DNA of 64,000 bases from an uncultured Pelagibacteraceae bacterium (GTDB lineage: Bacteria; Pseudomonadota; Alphaproteobacteria; Pelagibacterales; Pelagibacteraceae): contig CACAWF010000004.1 of assembly GCA_902536085.1 (NCBI GenBank), positions 1,298-65,297 of the forward strand, given 5' to 3'. This document shows positions 7,990-18,612 of this stretch, piece by piece (the stretch's first letter is position 1; each line of letters starts with the position of its first letter). The notes below the pieces were generated by a model. It did no database searches. It was not told the DNA's origin and saw nothing but the letters and a program-made list of their open reading frames with translations. Made by a program: the position numbers and the translations under genes.

Positions 7990-10857
7990 TTAAGCAGCTT
8001 CATCTTTATATTCATCCATTGAAGGACATGAACATACTAAATTTCTATCTCCAAAAACGTTATCTACTCTAGCAACTGGTGCCCAATATTTATTATTTTT
8101 TACATACTCAGTGGGAAAAGCTGCTTCCTCTCTTGAGTAAGCGTGCTTCCACTCACTTGAAGCTAATTCGACATAAGTATGAGGTGCATTTTTTAACGGG
8201 TTATCTATTTTGTCAAATTTTGATGACTCCACTAAATTAATTTCTTTTTTAATTTTTATAAGTGCATTACAAAATTTATCAATCTCCTCTAAATTTTCAC
8301 TTTCAGTTGGTTCAATCATAATTGTACCGGCAACAGGCCATGACATTGTTGGAGCATGGTAGCCGAAGTCAATTAGTCTTTTTGCTAAATCCTCCTCAGA
8401 GATACCTGAGCTTGCTTTGATTGGTCGGATATCAATTATGCATTCATGTGCAACATTTCCATTTTTACCAGTATAAAGAACTTTGTAATCTTTGGATAAT
8501 TTTTTTGAAATATAATTTGCATTTAAAATTGAAACTTGTGAGGCTTTTTTCAATCCTTCAGCACCCATCATTTTTATATACATCCAAGATATTGGAAGTA
8601 TACTTGAACTACCCCAAGGAGCAGCTGATACAGCACCCATTCCATTCTTAGGGCCAGCTTCTTTAATAATTTCGTGTGTTGGTAAAAAATCTGCTAAATG
8701 TTTAGCGCAAGCAATTGGACCCATTCCTGGTCCACCTCCACCGTGAGGTATGCAAAATGTTTTATGTAAATTAATATGACAAACATCCGGTCCAAATTTC
8801 CCTGGTTTTGCAACACCCACAAGTGCATTTAGATTTGCTCCATCCATATAAACTTGTCCACCATGCTTATGAATTACTTCACAAATATCCATAATTTTTT
8901 CTTCAAATACTCCATGAGTAGAAGGGTAAGTAACCATTAAAGCAGCTAAGTCTTTTGAGTGTTTTTCAGCTTTATTTTTAAGGTCGTCTATATCCACGTT
9001 TCCATCTTCATCACAATTGACTACAACCACTTTCATCCCACACATTTGGGCACTTGCTGGATTAGTTCCATGAGCTGAGTCCGGTATTAGACAAACGTTA
9101 CGATTTTCTTGTTTATTATTTTTATGGAATTTTCTTATAGTCATTAGACCTGCATATTCTCCTTGGGCTCCAGAGTTAGGCTGTAAAGAAACTGCGTCAT
9201 ATCCAGTAATTTCTTTCAGATCGTTTATCAGATCATTAAAAAGAATCTTATAACCCTCCATTTGATTTGTAGGAACAAAAGGATGTGGAAGTGAAAACTC
9301 TTTCCAAGTAATAGGAATTAATTCTGCTGTTGCATTAAGCTTCATTGTACAAGATCCTAAAGCAATCATTGATCTATTAAGTGCAATATCACAATCTTCT
9401 AGTTTCTTTAGATATCTTAGCATCTCAGTTTCAGAATGGTATTTGTTAAAAACTGGATGAGTTAAGTATTTTGAAGTTCTTAAAAGATTTTTTGGAAGAT
9501 TATCTAGTTCAACCTTAACGTCTTGTTTAATTACTTTAGTTATTTTAAATATTTTTAACAATAAGTTTACATCGTCAAGTTTTTTTGCTTCATCAAACGC
9601 AACAGATAAATGATCTTTATCAACTTTTCTAAGGTTTATATTCTCTTTTAGTGCAGCCTCAAAAATAGGATTTGTTTTTTCATTGGTTTTAATCGTAACG
9701 GTATCGAAGAAATGATCTGATAGAATATGATAACCGCTTGCTTTAATATTATCAGCAAAGATTTTTGCTAATTTAGAAGTTCTATTCGCAATTTTAAGTA
9801 TTCCTTCAGGTCCATGATAAATTGCAAATGCAGCAGAAATGATAGCCAATAAAGCTTGGGCAGTGCAAATATTGCTTGTTGCTTTATCTCTTCGAATGTG
9901 TTGCTCCCTAGTTTGTAAAGAAAGCCTGTAAGCTTTTTTTCCGTGTCTATCTTTTGAAACGCCTATTATTCTTCCTGGCATTGATCTTTTAAATTCCTCT
10001 TTTGTAGCAAAAAATGCAGCATGAGGCCCGCCGTAACCCATTGGAATACCAAATCTTTGAGCACTACCGACAGCAATGTCAGCTCCAAGTTCAGCAGGAG
10101 TTTTTAATCTAGCTAAAGCCAATAAGTCGCAAACCAAAATAGCTTTTCCGTTTTTTTTGTGAATTTGACTGATGCTTTCACTAGGATCGTTTATCTCACC
10201 TAAAGTTCCCGGATAAGATAAAACACCGCAGATTATATCTTCATTAATTTTCGAAAGTTCTTTTTTTTCATCACCAATGATCAATTCTAAACCAAAAGGA
10301 TTTGTTCTAGTCTTTATCAGATCAATTGTCTGAGGATTACAATTGCTTGAAATAAATATTTTTTTTGAATTAGTCTTATCTAATCTCTGGCTTAAACCTA
10401 CTGCTTCTGCTGTTGCTGTTGCTTCATCTAACAAAGAAGCATTAGCTATATCCATGCCCGTTAAGTCAATTATTGATTGTTGAAAATTTAAAAGCATTTC
10501 AAGACGACCTTGCGCCACTTCAGGTTGGTAAGGTGTATAAGATGTATACCATCCTGGATTTTCTAAAATATTTCTAAGAATTACATTAGGTGTAATAGAA
10601 TTATAGTATCCCATTCCAATAAAATTTTTAAAGATTTTATTTTTTTTAGATATAGATTTTAATTTTTTTAAAGCGTCATTTTCTGACATAGGCTGATCAA
10701 TTTTAAGATCATCTTTTAATAAGATTTTTTCTGGCACAGTATTGCTCATTAGATCCTCTAATGATTTGTACCCAACGTATTTCAACATTTTGGATTGATC
10801 TTCGTCAGAAGGGCCAATGTGTCTTTTAATAAATTCTTTTGAATTGTCGTCAATCAT
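7990..10857 (-). CDS. gcvP: Glycine dehydrogenase (glycine cleavage P protein)
   Basis: YTPYQPEVAQG, REQHIRRDKATSNICT, HINLHKTFCIPHGGGGPG. Confidence 0.98.
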   Translation of the reverse strand: MIDDNSKEFIKRHIGPSDEDQSKMLKYVGYKSLEDLMSNTVPEKILLKDDLKIDQPMSENDALKKLKSISKKNKIFKNFIGMGYYNSITPNVILRNILENPGWYTSYTPYQPEVAQGRLEMLLNFQQSIIDLTGMDIANASLLDEATATAEAVGLSQRLDKTNSKKIFISSNCNPQTIDLIKTRTNPFGLELIIGDEKKELSKINEDIICGVLSYPGTLGEINDPSESISQIHKKNGKAILVCDLLALARLKTPAELGADIAVGSAQRFGIPMGYGGPHAAFFATKEEFKRSMPGRIIGVSKDRHGKKAYRLSLQTREQHIRRDKATSNICTAQALLAIISAAFAIYHGPEGILKIANRTSKLAKIFADNIKASGYHILSDHFFDTVTIKTNEKTNPIFEAALKENINLRKVDKDHLSVAFDEAKKLDDVNLLLKIFKITKVIKQDVKVELDNLPKNLLRTSKYLTHPVFNKYHSETEMLRYLKKLEDCDIALNRSMIALGSCTMKLNATAELIPITWKEFSLPHPFVPTNQMEGYKILFNDLINDLKEITGYDAVSLQPNSGAQGEYAGLMTIRKFHKNNKQENRNVCLIPDSAHGTNPASAQMCGMKVVVVNCDEDGNVDIDDLKNKAEKHSKDLAALMVTYPSTHGVFEEKIMDICEVIHKHGGQVYMDGANLNALVGVAKPGKFGPDVCHINLHKTFCIPHGGGGPGMGPIACAKHLADFLPTHEIIKEAGPKNGMGAVSAAPWGSSSILPISWMYIKMMGAEGLKKASQVSILNANYISKKLSKDYKVLYTGKNGNVAHECIIDIRPIKASSGISEEDLAKRLIDFGYHAPTMSWPVAGTIMIEPTESENLEEIDKFCNALIKIKKEINLVESSKFDKIDNPLKNAPHTYVELASSEWKHAYSREEAAFPTEYVKNNKYWAPVARVDNVFGDRNLVCSCPSMDEYKDEAA

Positions 10858-11238
10858 TTAACTTGGGTTCTCCTTACAAAATTTATCATATTCGTCTTTT
10901 GACATAAGTGAGTCATACTCACTTTTATCCTTTATCTTTAACTTAAAAAACCAGCTAGCTCCTTCAGGATCTGTATTAACGCTACCTGGATCATCTGCAA
11001 TAGCTTTATTTCCCTCAGTAATTTCCCCAGAAATAGGAGAGTAAACATCACTCGCAGCTTTAGTAGACTCTACAACAGCTGCTTGACCCTCTTTTTCTAC
11101 GGCTTTACCTGCATCAGGCACCTCCACAAAAACAATATCACCGAGCATCTCAGTTGCGTGTTTAGTTATTCCAACTGTAGCCATGTCACCGTCTAATGAA
11201 ACCCATTCATGTTTTTTAGAAAATTTTTTTTCACTCAT
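10858..11238 (-). CDS. gcvH: Glycine cleavage H protein
   Basis: [24 protein letters not shown] lipoyl-lysine motif. Confidence 0.97.
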   Translation of the reverse strand: MSEKKFSKKHEWVSLDGDMATVGITKHATEMLGDIVFVEVPDAGKAVEKEGQAAVVESTKAASDVYSPISGEITEGNKAIADDPGSVNTDPEGASWFFKLKIKDKSEYDSLMSKDEYDKFCKENPS

Positions 11239-11249
11239 ATTTGTTTACC

Positions 11250-12344
11250 TTATTTAACATAACTTTTTTTATAAAATGGAAGTTCAGAAATTTTACCCCC
11301 ATATTTTTTTCCTCTAACTTCAAGCTGAATAGATGTACCGATTTCAGAAAATTCAGATTTCACATACCCCATTGCAACTGGAGCGTTCACACTCGGGCCA
11401 AAAGTGCCACTTGTAACGAATCCTATTTCATTATTATCAGGCGAAAAGATTTTCGTATTTTCTCTAGCAATAACTTTTCCATCTGGTTTTATACCAACTC
11501 TAATTTTTTCACTTCCGTTTGCTAATAAATTTTTTATTTTTTCCCATCCATTAAAACCGCCAACTTCTCTTCTTTTTTTTGCTATAGCCCATTTTAAATT
11601 AGCCTCTACTGGGTTTATTTTTTCATTTAAATCATGACCATATAAACATAGACCCGCCTCTAATCTTAATGTGTCTCTAGCTCCTAAACCTATCGGTTTA
11701 ACTTCATTTGAAATTAAGTAATCGATGAGCTTTTCAACTTTTGTGTTTGAAATTGAGATTTCAAAACCATCTTCACCTGTATATCCAGATCTTGTTACAT
11801 AAAGATTTTCACCTTCATACTCAAAATTACTTCCTGTCATAAATTTTAAATTAGCAACACCCGGAATTAATTTTTCTAAAATCTCAACAGATTTGGGTCC
11901 TTGTAACGCTATTAAAGATAAGTCATTGTTTAAAAGATGTTTATGATTTTTTTTTAAAAATTGTGAAATTTGTTTAATATCATTTTCCTTACAGGCTGCA
12001 TTTAAGATTATACAAAAACCTTTTTCTGTTCTTGTAATAATTAAATCATCAATTATTCCACCTTCGTTATTTAGTAAAAAAGAATATTTCGAATGGTTAA
12101 CTTTCAAATTTTTTAAATCTGCTGGAATAATTTTTTCTAAAGACTCTATTAATGTTTCATCCCCTTCTAAAAAAAATTGTCCCATGTGTGACACGTCAAA
12201 AAATCCAGCGTGAGATCTAGTAGAAATATGTTCCTTAACAATACCATCTTTATATTGGATAGGCATTTCATAGCCAGCAAATGGAACAAATTTTGCCCCT
12301 AAGTTTTTATGATAATTATATAAAGCTGTTTTTTGTACTTCCAT
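11250..12344 (-). CDS. gcvT: Glycine cleavage aminomethyltransferase T
   Basis: FDVSHMGQ, RSGYTGEDGFE, GLGARDTLRLEAG. Confidence 0.97.
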   Translation of the reverse strand: MEVQKTALYNYHKNLGAKFVPFAGYEMPIQYKDGIVKEHISTRSHAGFFDVSHMGQFFLEGDETLIESLEKIIPADLKNLKVNHSKYSFLLNNEGGIIDDLIITRTEKGFCIILNAACKENDIKQISQFLKKNHKHLLNNDLSLIALQGPKSVEILEKLIPGVANLKFMTGSNFEYEGENLYVTRSGYTGEDGFEISISNTKVEKLIDYLISNEVKPIGLGARDTLRLEAGLCLYGHDLNEKINPVEANLKWAIAKKRREVGGFNGWEKIKNLLANGSEKIRVGIKPDGKVIARENTKIFSPDNNEIGFVTSGTFGPSVNAPVAMGYVKSEFSEIGTSIQLEVRGKKYGGKISELPFYKKSYVK

Positions 12345-12360
12345 AATAACTCTTATCTAA

Positions 12361-12503
12361 CCCCATCTGTCTATGTACCTGAGAGATTTAATCCTTCGGT
12401 GAGGCTTTTGCCTGCTTTCCAGAGTTATTACGGTAACGGTCCTTTTGCCTGAGAGTTTCCGGGGTGGTTGCTCCTTCGGCGCCAAAATGGTCTCTCCCGT
12501 TAC
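12361..12503 (-). ncRNA. Tandem (two-aptamer) glycine riboswitch in the gcvT leader
   Basis: Minus strand: GTAACGGGAGAG...CGCCGAAGGAGCAA...CTCTCAGGCAAAAGGACCGTTAC (12503-12433) and CTCTGGAAAG...CACCGAAGG...TCTCTCAGGTAC...GACAGA (12424-12365), both with canonical glycine aptamer motifs. Confidence 0.95.
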
Positions 12504-12510
12504 AAACTGG

Positions 12511-12539
12511 ACTTTGGTATAAATGAGTAAAAATGTCAA
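12511..12539 (-). promoter_or_regulatory. Candidate sigma70 promoter for the gcvT leader
   Basis: TTGACA (12539-12534), 17 nt, CAAAGT, just upstream of aptamer 1. Confidence 0.45.
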
Positions 12540-12573
12540 TCTAAAATAATTGCCTTTAAAACTATAAATTTTA

Positions 12574-13281
12574 TCAGTTTGAATAAAGTGTTGATGGACC
12601 AACCCTTTTATAAGCATAAAATTTACAATTTTTCAAATAATCGTTAATTTTGTCACAATCTTTAGATTTCGAGCCGTCAACATTATGTGTTTCAATTGAA
12701 ATAAGAGAAGGTTTTAATTTATTGGGAACTAGTTGGACTAACACTTGTAGGTCTAAACCTTCTACATCAATATTTAAAAAATCGATTTCCTTGTACTTGC
12801 TTAAATTTAAAATTTCATCAATAGATTTTGATTTTATAATTTTAAATGAAACATCTTTAAAAAAATTTGATTTATTAGAATCAAAAAAACTTTTATCTAA
12901 AGTATTTACAGGGCTAAATGGATGGTCAAAATAAACCTTAAATTCTTTTTCATATTCATTTAAAGCAGTACAAATATTTAAATCTGAAGGTCTAAGTATT
13001 TTAAATAAATCTATCGATGTAGGGTTTATATCAATGTTTATTCCTCTCCATCCATTCTTAAAAAGCAAACAAGTATTGCTGTACATCAACGGATGAAAGC
13101 ACCCTACATCAAAATATATTCCATTTTTCTTATCTTTGAAAAATTTTAAAATTGAGAGATCTTCTCCCCATTGAGAATATTGAGATCTGTTAATAAAACA
13201 TTTGTGACGTATATATAAATTATAATAAAGATATAGCTTATAAGTAAAATTTCTTTTAAGGAATAGTTTTTTTAGTGACAC
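12574..13281 (-). CDS. FkbM-family SAM-dependent methyltransferase
   Basis: YSQWGED, YFDVGCFHP..SNT, GWRGINID, LNIDVEG. Confidence 0.85.
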   Translation of the reverse strand: MSLKKLFLKRNFTYKLYLYYNLYIRHKCFINRSQYSQWGEDLSILKFFKDKKNGIYFDVGCFHPLMYSNTCLLFKNGWRGINIDINPTSIDLFKILRPSDLNICTALNEYEKEFKVYFDHPFSPVNTLDKSFFDSNKSNFFKDVSFKIIKSKSIDEILNLSKYKEIDFLNIDVEGLDLQVLVQLVPNKLKPSLISIETHNVDGSKSKDCDKINDYLKNCKFYAYKRVGPSTLYSN

Positions 13282-13289
13282 AACTAAGC

Positions 13290-14153
13290 TTACGCTTTTA
13301 ATTTATTTTTATCAAAACTTTTTAAAATGATTGCAAAAATTATAATGACTCCACCAAGAAATACACTTAAGGGGGGTATCTCATTTAAAAATAACCATAC
13401 CCAAAGGGGTGCACACAAAGTTTCCATTAACATTAATAACCCAACTGTTGCTGAATCTACTGTTCTTGATCCTATTGTTATACAAATAAAGCTCACTGCT
13501 AATTGTGGGACTCCAAGAAGAAAACCCATCCAAAGATCATGTTTAGTGAATTCAAATGACTCTGCTAAGAAAAAACCGTAAACCAAACTGAATATCCCAG
13601 AATAAAAAATTGCTGGAACCATATCAACTTTAGTATTTTTCCTTATTATCATTACCAAAATAGCAAAATTGATTGGGATTGCTAATGCAACTATATTTCC
13701 AAATAATGATCCGCTTGAAATAGAGTCTCCAACCATTATAATAATACCGCTCATGGCCAGAAAGATTGAAATCAAACCGATTAAAGAAACTTTTTCTTTT
13801 AAATAAAAGTAACCAAATATTGCCAGGAACATAGTCTGGGTACTTATAATAAAAACAACATTTGCTACTGTTGTATTGCTCATTGCAACTACAAAAGCAA
13901 CAAAGCTAAATGATAAAACAAAACCTCCTAATAAACCTGGAAGGCCAGACTCTTTAATAATATTAAAGGTATTTTTTTTATAAGTTACAAAAAGAAAAGC
14001 TATTAGAGCTAAAAGGAAAAAAAAAGATCTTAGAAATAATATTTGCCAGATACTTGCCTCTTCAAAAGATCTAATTATAAATCCTCCCCAGCTTAAACAA
14101 AATCCACCAAATAATAGTAAAATATAACCCGGTATTTTATATAAAAATTGCAT
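13290..14153 (-). CDS. DMT/EamA-family transporter
   Basis: About 10 TM helices in two repeats; FYLKEKV, WLFLNE.P. Confidence 0.85.
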   Translation of the reverse strand: MQFLYKIPGYILLLFGGFCLSWGGFIIRSFEEASIWQILFLRSFFFLLALIAFLFVTYKKNTFNIIKESGLPGLLGGFVLSFSFVAFVVAMSNTTVANVVFIISTQTMFLAIFGYFYLKEKVSLIGLISIFLAMSGIIIMVGDSISSGSLFGNIVALAIPINFAILVMIIRKNTKVDMVPAIFYSGIFSLVYGFFLAESFEFTKHDLWMGFLLGVPQLAVSFICITIGSRTVDSATVGLLMLMETLCAPLWVWLFLNEIPPLSVFLGGVIIIFAIILKSFDKNKLKA

Positions 14154-15479
14154 TTAGAATTTTTTCAAAATATTTTTAAAAAAATATTGTAAAGTCAAAG
14201 ACCTAAATATCATAAATAATAAAAGAGAAAGCCAAATACCATGATTGTCTAGATATTTTGTTAAGAGGATTGATACTCCAATATAACCTAAAACAGATAT
14301 AATCATTGCATTTCTAATTTCTTTTGTTTGGGACGCTCCAATAAATATTCCATCTAATTGATAACAAAAACACGCGATTGGTGGAATTATAATTACCCAT
14401 AAAATATGTTGAAAAGAGATAAATCTTAAAATCTCTATATCAGTAATTATATAAATCATTTCTTTAAAAAATATTAAATAGATTATTGAGATAATGATAG
14501 CAGTGATAAAACTTACCTGAATAGAATTTTTAACAACCTCAAAAAAAGATTTTCGATTTCTTCTACCTACAGCAAAACCAATAATTCCTTCAGTCGAAAA
14601 TGCATAAGCATCTAAGAAGAATGACGATAAAATAATAAATTGCATTAATATTGTATTAGCTGCTAAATAATCTTCTCCAATTTTTGAACCAAGATAAGTG
14701 ACCCACAGAAAAGCAAATGTGAGAAATAAAGTTCTTATAAAAATATCTAAATTTATATTTAAAAGTTTTAGTAATTTAGACCTTACTACTAAATTTTCAA
14801 ATTTAGGAATTATTTTGAATTTTTGAATAATATAATTATAGGTAAAAATTGTGAAAATTATTAAGGTAATATAACTTGAAATTAATGTTCCTAGAGCTAC
14901 ACCAAAAATTTGTAAATTATATGTTAAAACTAGTAAAGAACTAAAAATAATATTTAAACTTGATAGAAGAATTATTAAGAAACTCGAAATTTTAGTTTTT
15001 TGTATACCTAGATAAAAACCCACGAAAACATAAATAATTAATTCTGCAGGAATTGAAAAAATTCTTACATTTAAATAAGTTTTTATTAATACCTCTGTTT
15101 CATCAGAGGGTGAGAAAAAAAAACTTATTCCAATTTTTAAAGCTGGGAAAAAAATAATTATTATAAATGCTGCAATTAGAGCAAGGGCTATATTTCTTAA
15201 AATCGTTTTTACTATCTCTCTATAATCACTTCTTCCATAAGCCTGTGCAACTATTCCAACGGTGCCCATTCTTAAAAAACCAAAACTCCAAACAATCATT
15301 GTCATAACTGATGTAGCTATACTTGTTGCAGCTAAATACTTGGTCTCACTTAGATTTCCCATCAAGCCTGTATCAACCATTCCTACTAATGGAATGGCCA
15401 TGTTTGAAAAAAAAACCGGTATGGACAACAAAATTATTTGTTTTTTTGAAAATTTTGATGAGCTTTTGAATAATTCCAT
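14154..15479 (-). CDS. MATE efflux transporter (DinF-like)
   Basis: PLVGMVDT, FGFLRMGT.G..AQA.G, DIFIRT, LDGIFIG. Confidence 0.9.
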   Translation of the reverse strand: MELFKSSSKFSKKQIILLSIPVFFSNMAIPLVGMVDTGLMGNLSETKYLAATSIATSVMTMIVWSFGFLRMGTVGIVAQAYGRSDYREIVKTILRNIALALIAAFIIIIFFPALKIGISFFFSPSDETEVLIKTYLNVRIFSIPAELIIYVFVGFYLGIQKTKISSFLIILLSSLNIIFSSLLVLTYNLQIFGVALGTLISSYITLIIFTIFTYNYIIQKFKIIPKFENLVVRSKLLKLLNINLDIFIRTLFLTFAFLWVTYLGSKIGEDYLAANTILMQFIILSSFFLDAYAFSTEGIIGFAVGRRNRKSFFEVVKNSIQVSFITAIIISIIYLIFFKEMIYIITDIEILRFISFQHILWVIIIPPIACFCYQLDGIFIGASQTKEIRNAMIISVLGYIGVSILLTKYLDNHGIWLSLLLFMIFRSLTLQYFFKNILKKF

Positions 15480-15526
15480 TTTATTCTTTAATATATCTTA
15501 ATAACCTTATATACATTGATTCTCGA

Positions 15527-16144
15527 ATGTTAGAGCAAGTAATTATCTCAGTACAAATTATCCTCATAGATATAGTTATGGCTGCGGACAACGCGATCAT
15601 AATAGGTTTAATCGCTGCTGGATTTGCTACAGATAACAGACGAAAAATCATTGCATGGGGTGTTGCCGCCGCCTTCCTCTTTAGAATTGTTTTTGCTTCT
15701 GGAGCCAACTATTTATTTGAATTTGCGTGGATAAAAATATTGGGAGGGGTATTGCTCTTGTGGGTGATAAATAATTTAAGACAAGACTTTTTTGGTAAAA
15801 ATAAAATTAAAACACCACAGCTTAAGTCTGGTGAAACAAAAAGTTTTAGCATGGGTGTTTATCAAGTGTTAATTGCTGACCTTACTTTAAGTTTTGACAA
15901 TACTATTGCAGTAGTAGCTGCCTCAAAAGGAAATTTTCATTTGATGGTAATAGGTTTGTTATTATCAGTGTTTTTGATTGCCACTCTTGCTAGTTATTTT
16001 GCTGAATATATTAAAAAACATATGTGGCTCGGATATTTAGGCTTGTTTGTAATTTTAGTAATTTCAATCCAATTAATAATTGGAGGACTTGTTAGTTATG
16101 AAGTTCTCTCAATTAACGAAAAATACAAATTTTTATTCTTATAA
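15527..16144 (+). CDS. TerC/YjbE-family membrane protein
   Basis: DIVMAADNA, ADLTLSFDN..AV motifs. Confidence 0.88.
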   Translation: MLEQVIISVQIILIDIVMAADNAIIIGLIAAGFATDNRRKIIAWGVAAAFLFRIVFASGANYLFEFAWIKILGGVLLLWVINNLRQDFFGKNKIKTPQLKSGETKSFSMGVYQVLIADLTLSFDNTIAVVAASKGNFHLMVIGLLLSVFLIATLASYFAEYIKKHMWLGYLGLFVILVISIQLIIGGLVSYEVLSINEKYKFLFL

Positions 16145-17106
16145 TGTTAGATTTTTGTATTATAGGGTCAGGTGTATCTGGCTCTACAATAGCTCACCAC
16201 CTTTCAAAAAAGTACTCGGTACATATTCTTGATAAAGCAAGAGGTCCGGGCGGGCGGGCATCTAATAAAAGATTTAAACAAAATTTGAGCTTTGACCATG
16301 GGGTTCAATATATTTCTCCAAAATCAAAAGAATTTTTAAAGTTTATAAAAACTCTTTGTAAAAAAAAAGAAGCAAAAATTTGGACTGGAAATCATTTAGA
16401 TTTTACATTTGAAAAAAAAGAAATTTCAGAAAAATTTATTGGTATGAAAGGCAACAATTTTATTTCTAAATTTTATACCAAAAAAATAAAAAAAAGTTTT
16501 CAATCTTCAGTCAAATCAATTTTAAATAATAAATACTTCTGGGAAATAAAACTAGATAATGGTGAATATATTCAAGCTAAATCGATAATATTAACTTGTC
16601 CCTTCCCCCAAACAAAAAAGATTGCAGGTAAATATTTAGAAAAAAAAATATCAAATTTAAAAATAAATATGGAGCCTAATATTACAACAATGTTAGTTTT
16701 TAAAAATCAAAGAACTGTTCCTGTGAGTAGTATCAAATTTAATGATGACATTTTAACATGGGCAGCATTTGAAAATAGTAAAAATAGATTTAATTCTTCA
16801 AATTCACTTTGGACATTGCAGTCATCAATTGGTTGGGCAAAAAAGAATATAAATAATTACAAAAAAAATAAAAAAGCAGAAAATACTCTAATACAAAGAT
16901 TTTTGAACTTTACTGGCTACAAAAAAAATAAGATTATTTTTAAGAAAACACATGGATGGAAATATTCTTATAATTTTAAAGGTTCACCTTTTAAGAGTTA
17001 TTGGAATAAAAAATTAAGGTTAGGATTATGTTCTGATTGGTTTATCGGTCCTAAAGTTGAAAACGCTTGGTTAAGTGCTAATGACTTGGTGAAAAAAATA
17101 AAATAG
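16144..17106 (+). CDS. Renalase-like NAD/FAD-dependent oxidoreductase
   Basis: GSGVSG, DKARGPGGR, FDHGVQY, HGWKYS, CSDW..GPKVE.AW.S. Confidence 0.85.
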   Translation: MLDFCIIGSGVSGSTIAHHLSKKYSVHILDKARGPGGRASNKRFKQNLSFDHGVQYISPKSKEFLKFIKTLCKKKEAKIWTGNHLDFTFEKKEISEKFIGMKGNNFISKFYTKKIKKSFQSSVKSILNNKYFWEIKLDNGEYIQAKSIILTCPFPQTKKIAGKYLEKKISNLKINMEPNITTMLVFKNQRTVPVSSIKFNDDILTWAAFENSKNRFNSSNSLWTLQSSIGWAKKNINNYKKNKKAENTLIQRFLNFTGYKKNKIIFKKTHGWKYSYNFKGSPFKSYWNKKLRLGLCSDWFIGPKVENAWLSANDLVKKIK

Positions 17107-18612
17107 TTAAAAAATACTTTTACCGTATTTAATTCTTTTTCTCATTTTAGGTAAAATTTCAACATTAAGTCCTTGAAGATCTTTAGGTTTTAATTTTCTC
17201 AAATTTTGAACGCATTTTAAAAATCTTTGTGACTCTTTTTTGGAAATAAAGTTATCTGTTAGAACTTTAAATTTATTAATGTATTCTTTTCTTCCGAATG
17301 GTCGTTTTCCAGCTGGATGAGCATCTGCAACATTGATCTCTTCTGATATTGTAAAACCATTTTTCATTTTGACAATAACTTTTCCGCCAAAACATTTCTT
17401 TTTAGGGTCTCTGTTATGATATTTTTTTGTCCATTTCTTATTCTCTTTAGTTACTATTTTTCGCCAAAGTTGAACTGTGCTTTTTCTTCTAGCTCTTTGT
17501 GGTGTGTAAGATTTTATGTGATGCCAAGCTCCATCCTCCAGAGCTACTGCAAAAATATACATTATAGAGTGATCTAAAGTTTCTCTACTTGCATAAGGAT
17601 CCATTTTTTGGGGATCATTAGCACCAGTTCCAATTACATAATGAGTATGATGACTAGTTTCGATTGTAATTTTTTTTATGTTATTTAAATTTTTAATTTT
17701 TTTATTTAAACTTCTTGCTAAATCAATTAATGCTTGTGACTGATACTCAGCAGAATGCTCTTTAGTGTAAGTTTCTAATATTGCTTTTTTTGGCTCATTA
17801 ACCTTTGGTAAAGGAACAATATAATTTTTTCCAGGGCCTGATAGAACATAAGCTATAACACTATCTTCACCCTCATATATTGGACTAGGTGCACCCTCAC
17901 CTCTCATACATCTATCAACTGCTTCGACTGCTAACTTACCGGCATGTGCAGGAGCGAAAGCTTTCCAACTAGAAATTTCTCCTTTTCTTGATTGTCTAGT
18001 TGAAATAGTTGTATGCAAAGCTTGCTGAACTGACTGATAGATTGTTTCTGTATTTAATTTTAATAAACTTCCTAAACCTGCTGCAACACTAGGGCCTAGA
18101 TGTGCTATATGATCTATTTTATGTTCATGTAAACAAATCCCTTTGACTAAATTAACTTGAACCTCATAACCAGTTAAAATTCCTCTAATAAGATCTAATC
18201 CATTACATCCTTTTTGTTGAGCAACTGCTAAAATTGCAGGTATATTATCTCCAGGATGGCTGTAATCTGCAGCTAAAAAAGTATCATGATAATCAAGTTC
18301 TCTCACTGCAGTTCCATTTGCCCAAGCTGCCCATTCGCAATCGACTTTTACTTTAGGACTTAATCCAAAAACATTTGCTCCATTCTTTCTGGGGTGCGCT
18401 AAAGCCATTTGTCTTGCAGAATCTACGGGCTTTCTATTGTAAGACGCTATTGCAACCGATGCATTATCAATAATTCTATTAATGACCATTTCAATAGCAT
18501 CTTTATTTAATTTCGATTTGTCAGATGAAATTTCTGCAATCTTCCATGCTAGTTGGTCCTTCTTTTTTAAATTCGCTTTAGATGGATGAACTTTTACTGT
18601 GATATTTCTCAT
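17107..18612 (-). CDS. prpD: 2-methylcitrate dehydratase (MmgE/PrpD family)
   Basis: [49 protein letters not shown]. Confidence 0.9.
   Translation of the reverse strand: MRNITVKVHPSKANLKKKDQLAWKIAEISSDKSKLNKDAIEMVINRIIDNASVAIASYNRKPVDSARQMALAHPRKNGANVFGLSPKVKVDCEWAAWANGTAVRELDYHDTFLAADYSHPGDNIPAILAVAQQKGCNGLDLIRGILTGYEVQVNLVKGICLHEHKIDHIAHLGPSVAAGLGSLLKLNTETIYQSVQQALHTTISTRQSRKGEISSWKAFAPAHAGKLAVEAVDRCMRGEGAPSPIYEGEDSVIAYVLSGPGKNYIVPLPKVNEPKKAILETYTKEHSAEYQSQALIDLARSLNKKIKNLNNIKKITIETSHHTHYVIGTGANDPQKMDPYASRETLDHSIMYIFAVALEDGAWHHIKSYTPQRARRKSTVQLWRKIVTKENKKWTKKYHNRDPKKKCFGGKVIVKMKNGFTISEEINVADAHPAGKRPFGRKEYINKFKVLTDNFISKKESQRFLKCVQNLRKLKPKDLQGLNVEILPKMRKRIKYGKSIF

Noticed and set aside
12357-12617. 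86-aa ORF upstream of gcvT
   Set aside because: It coincides with the glycine riboswitch and promoter; the open frame is explained by GC-rich RNA structure
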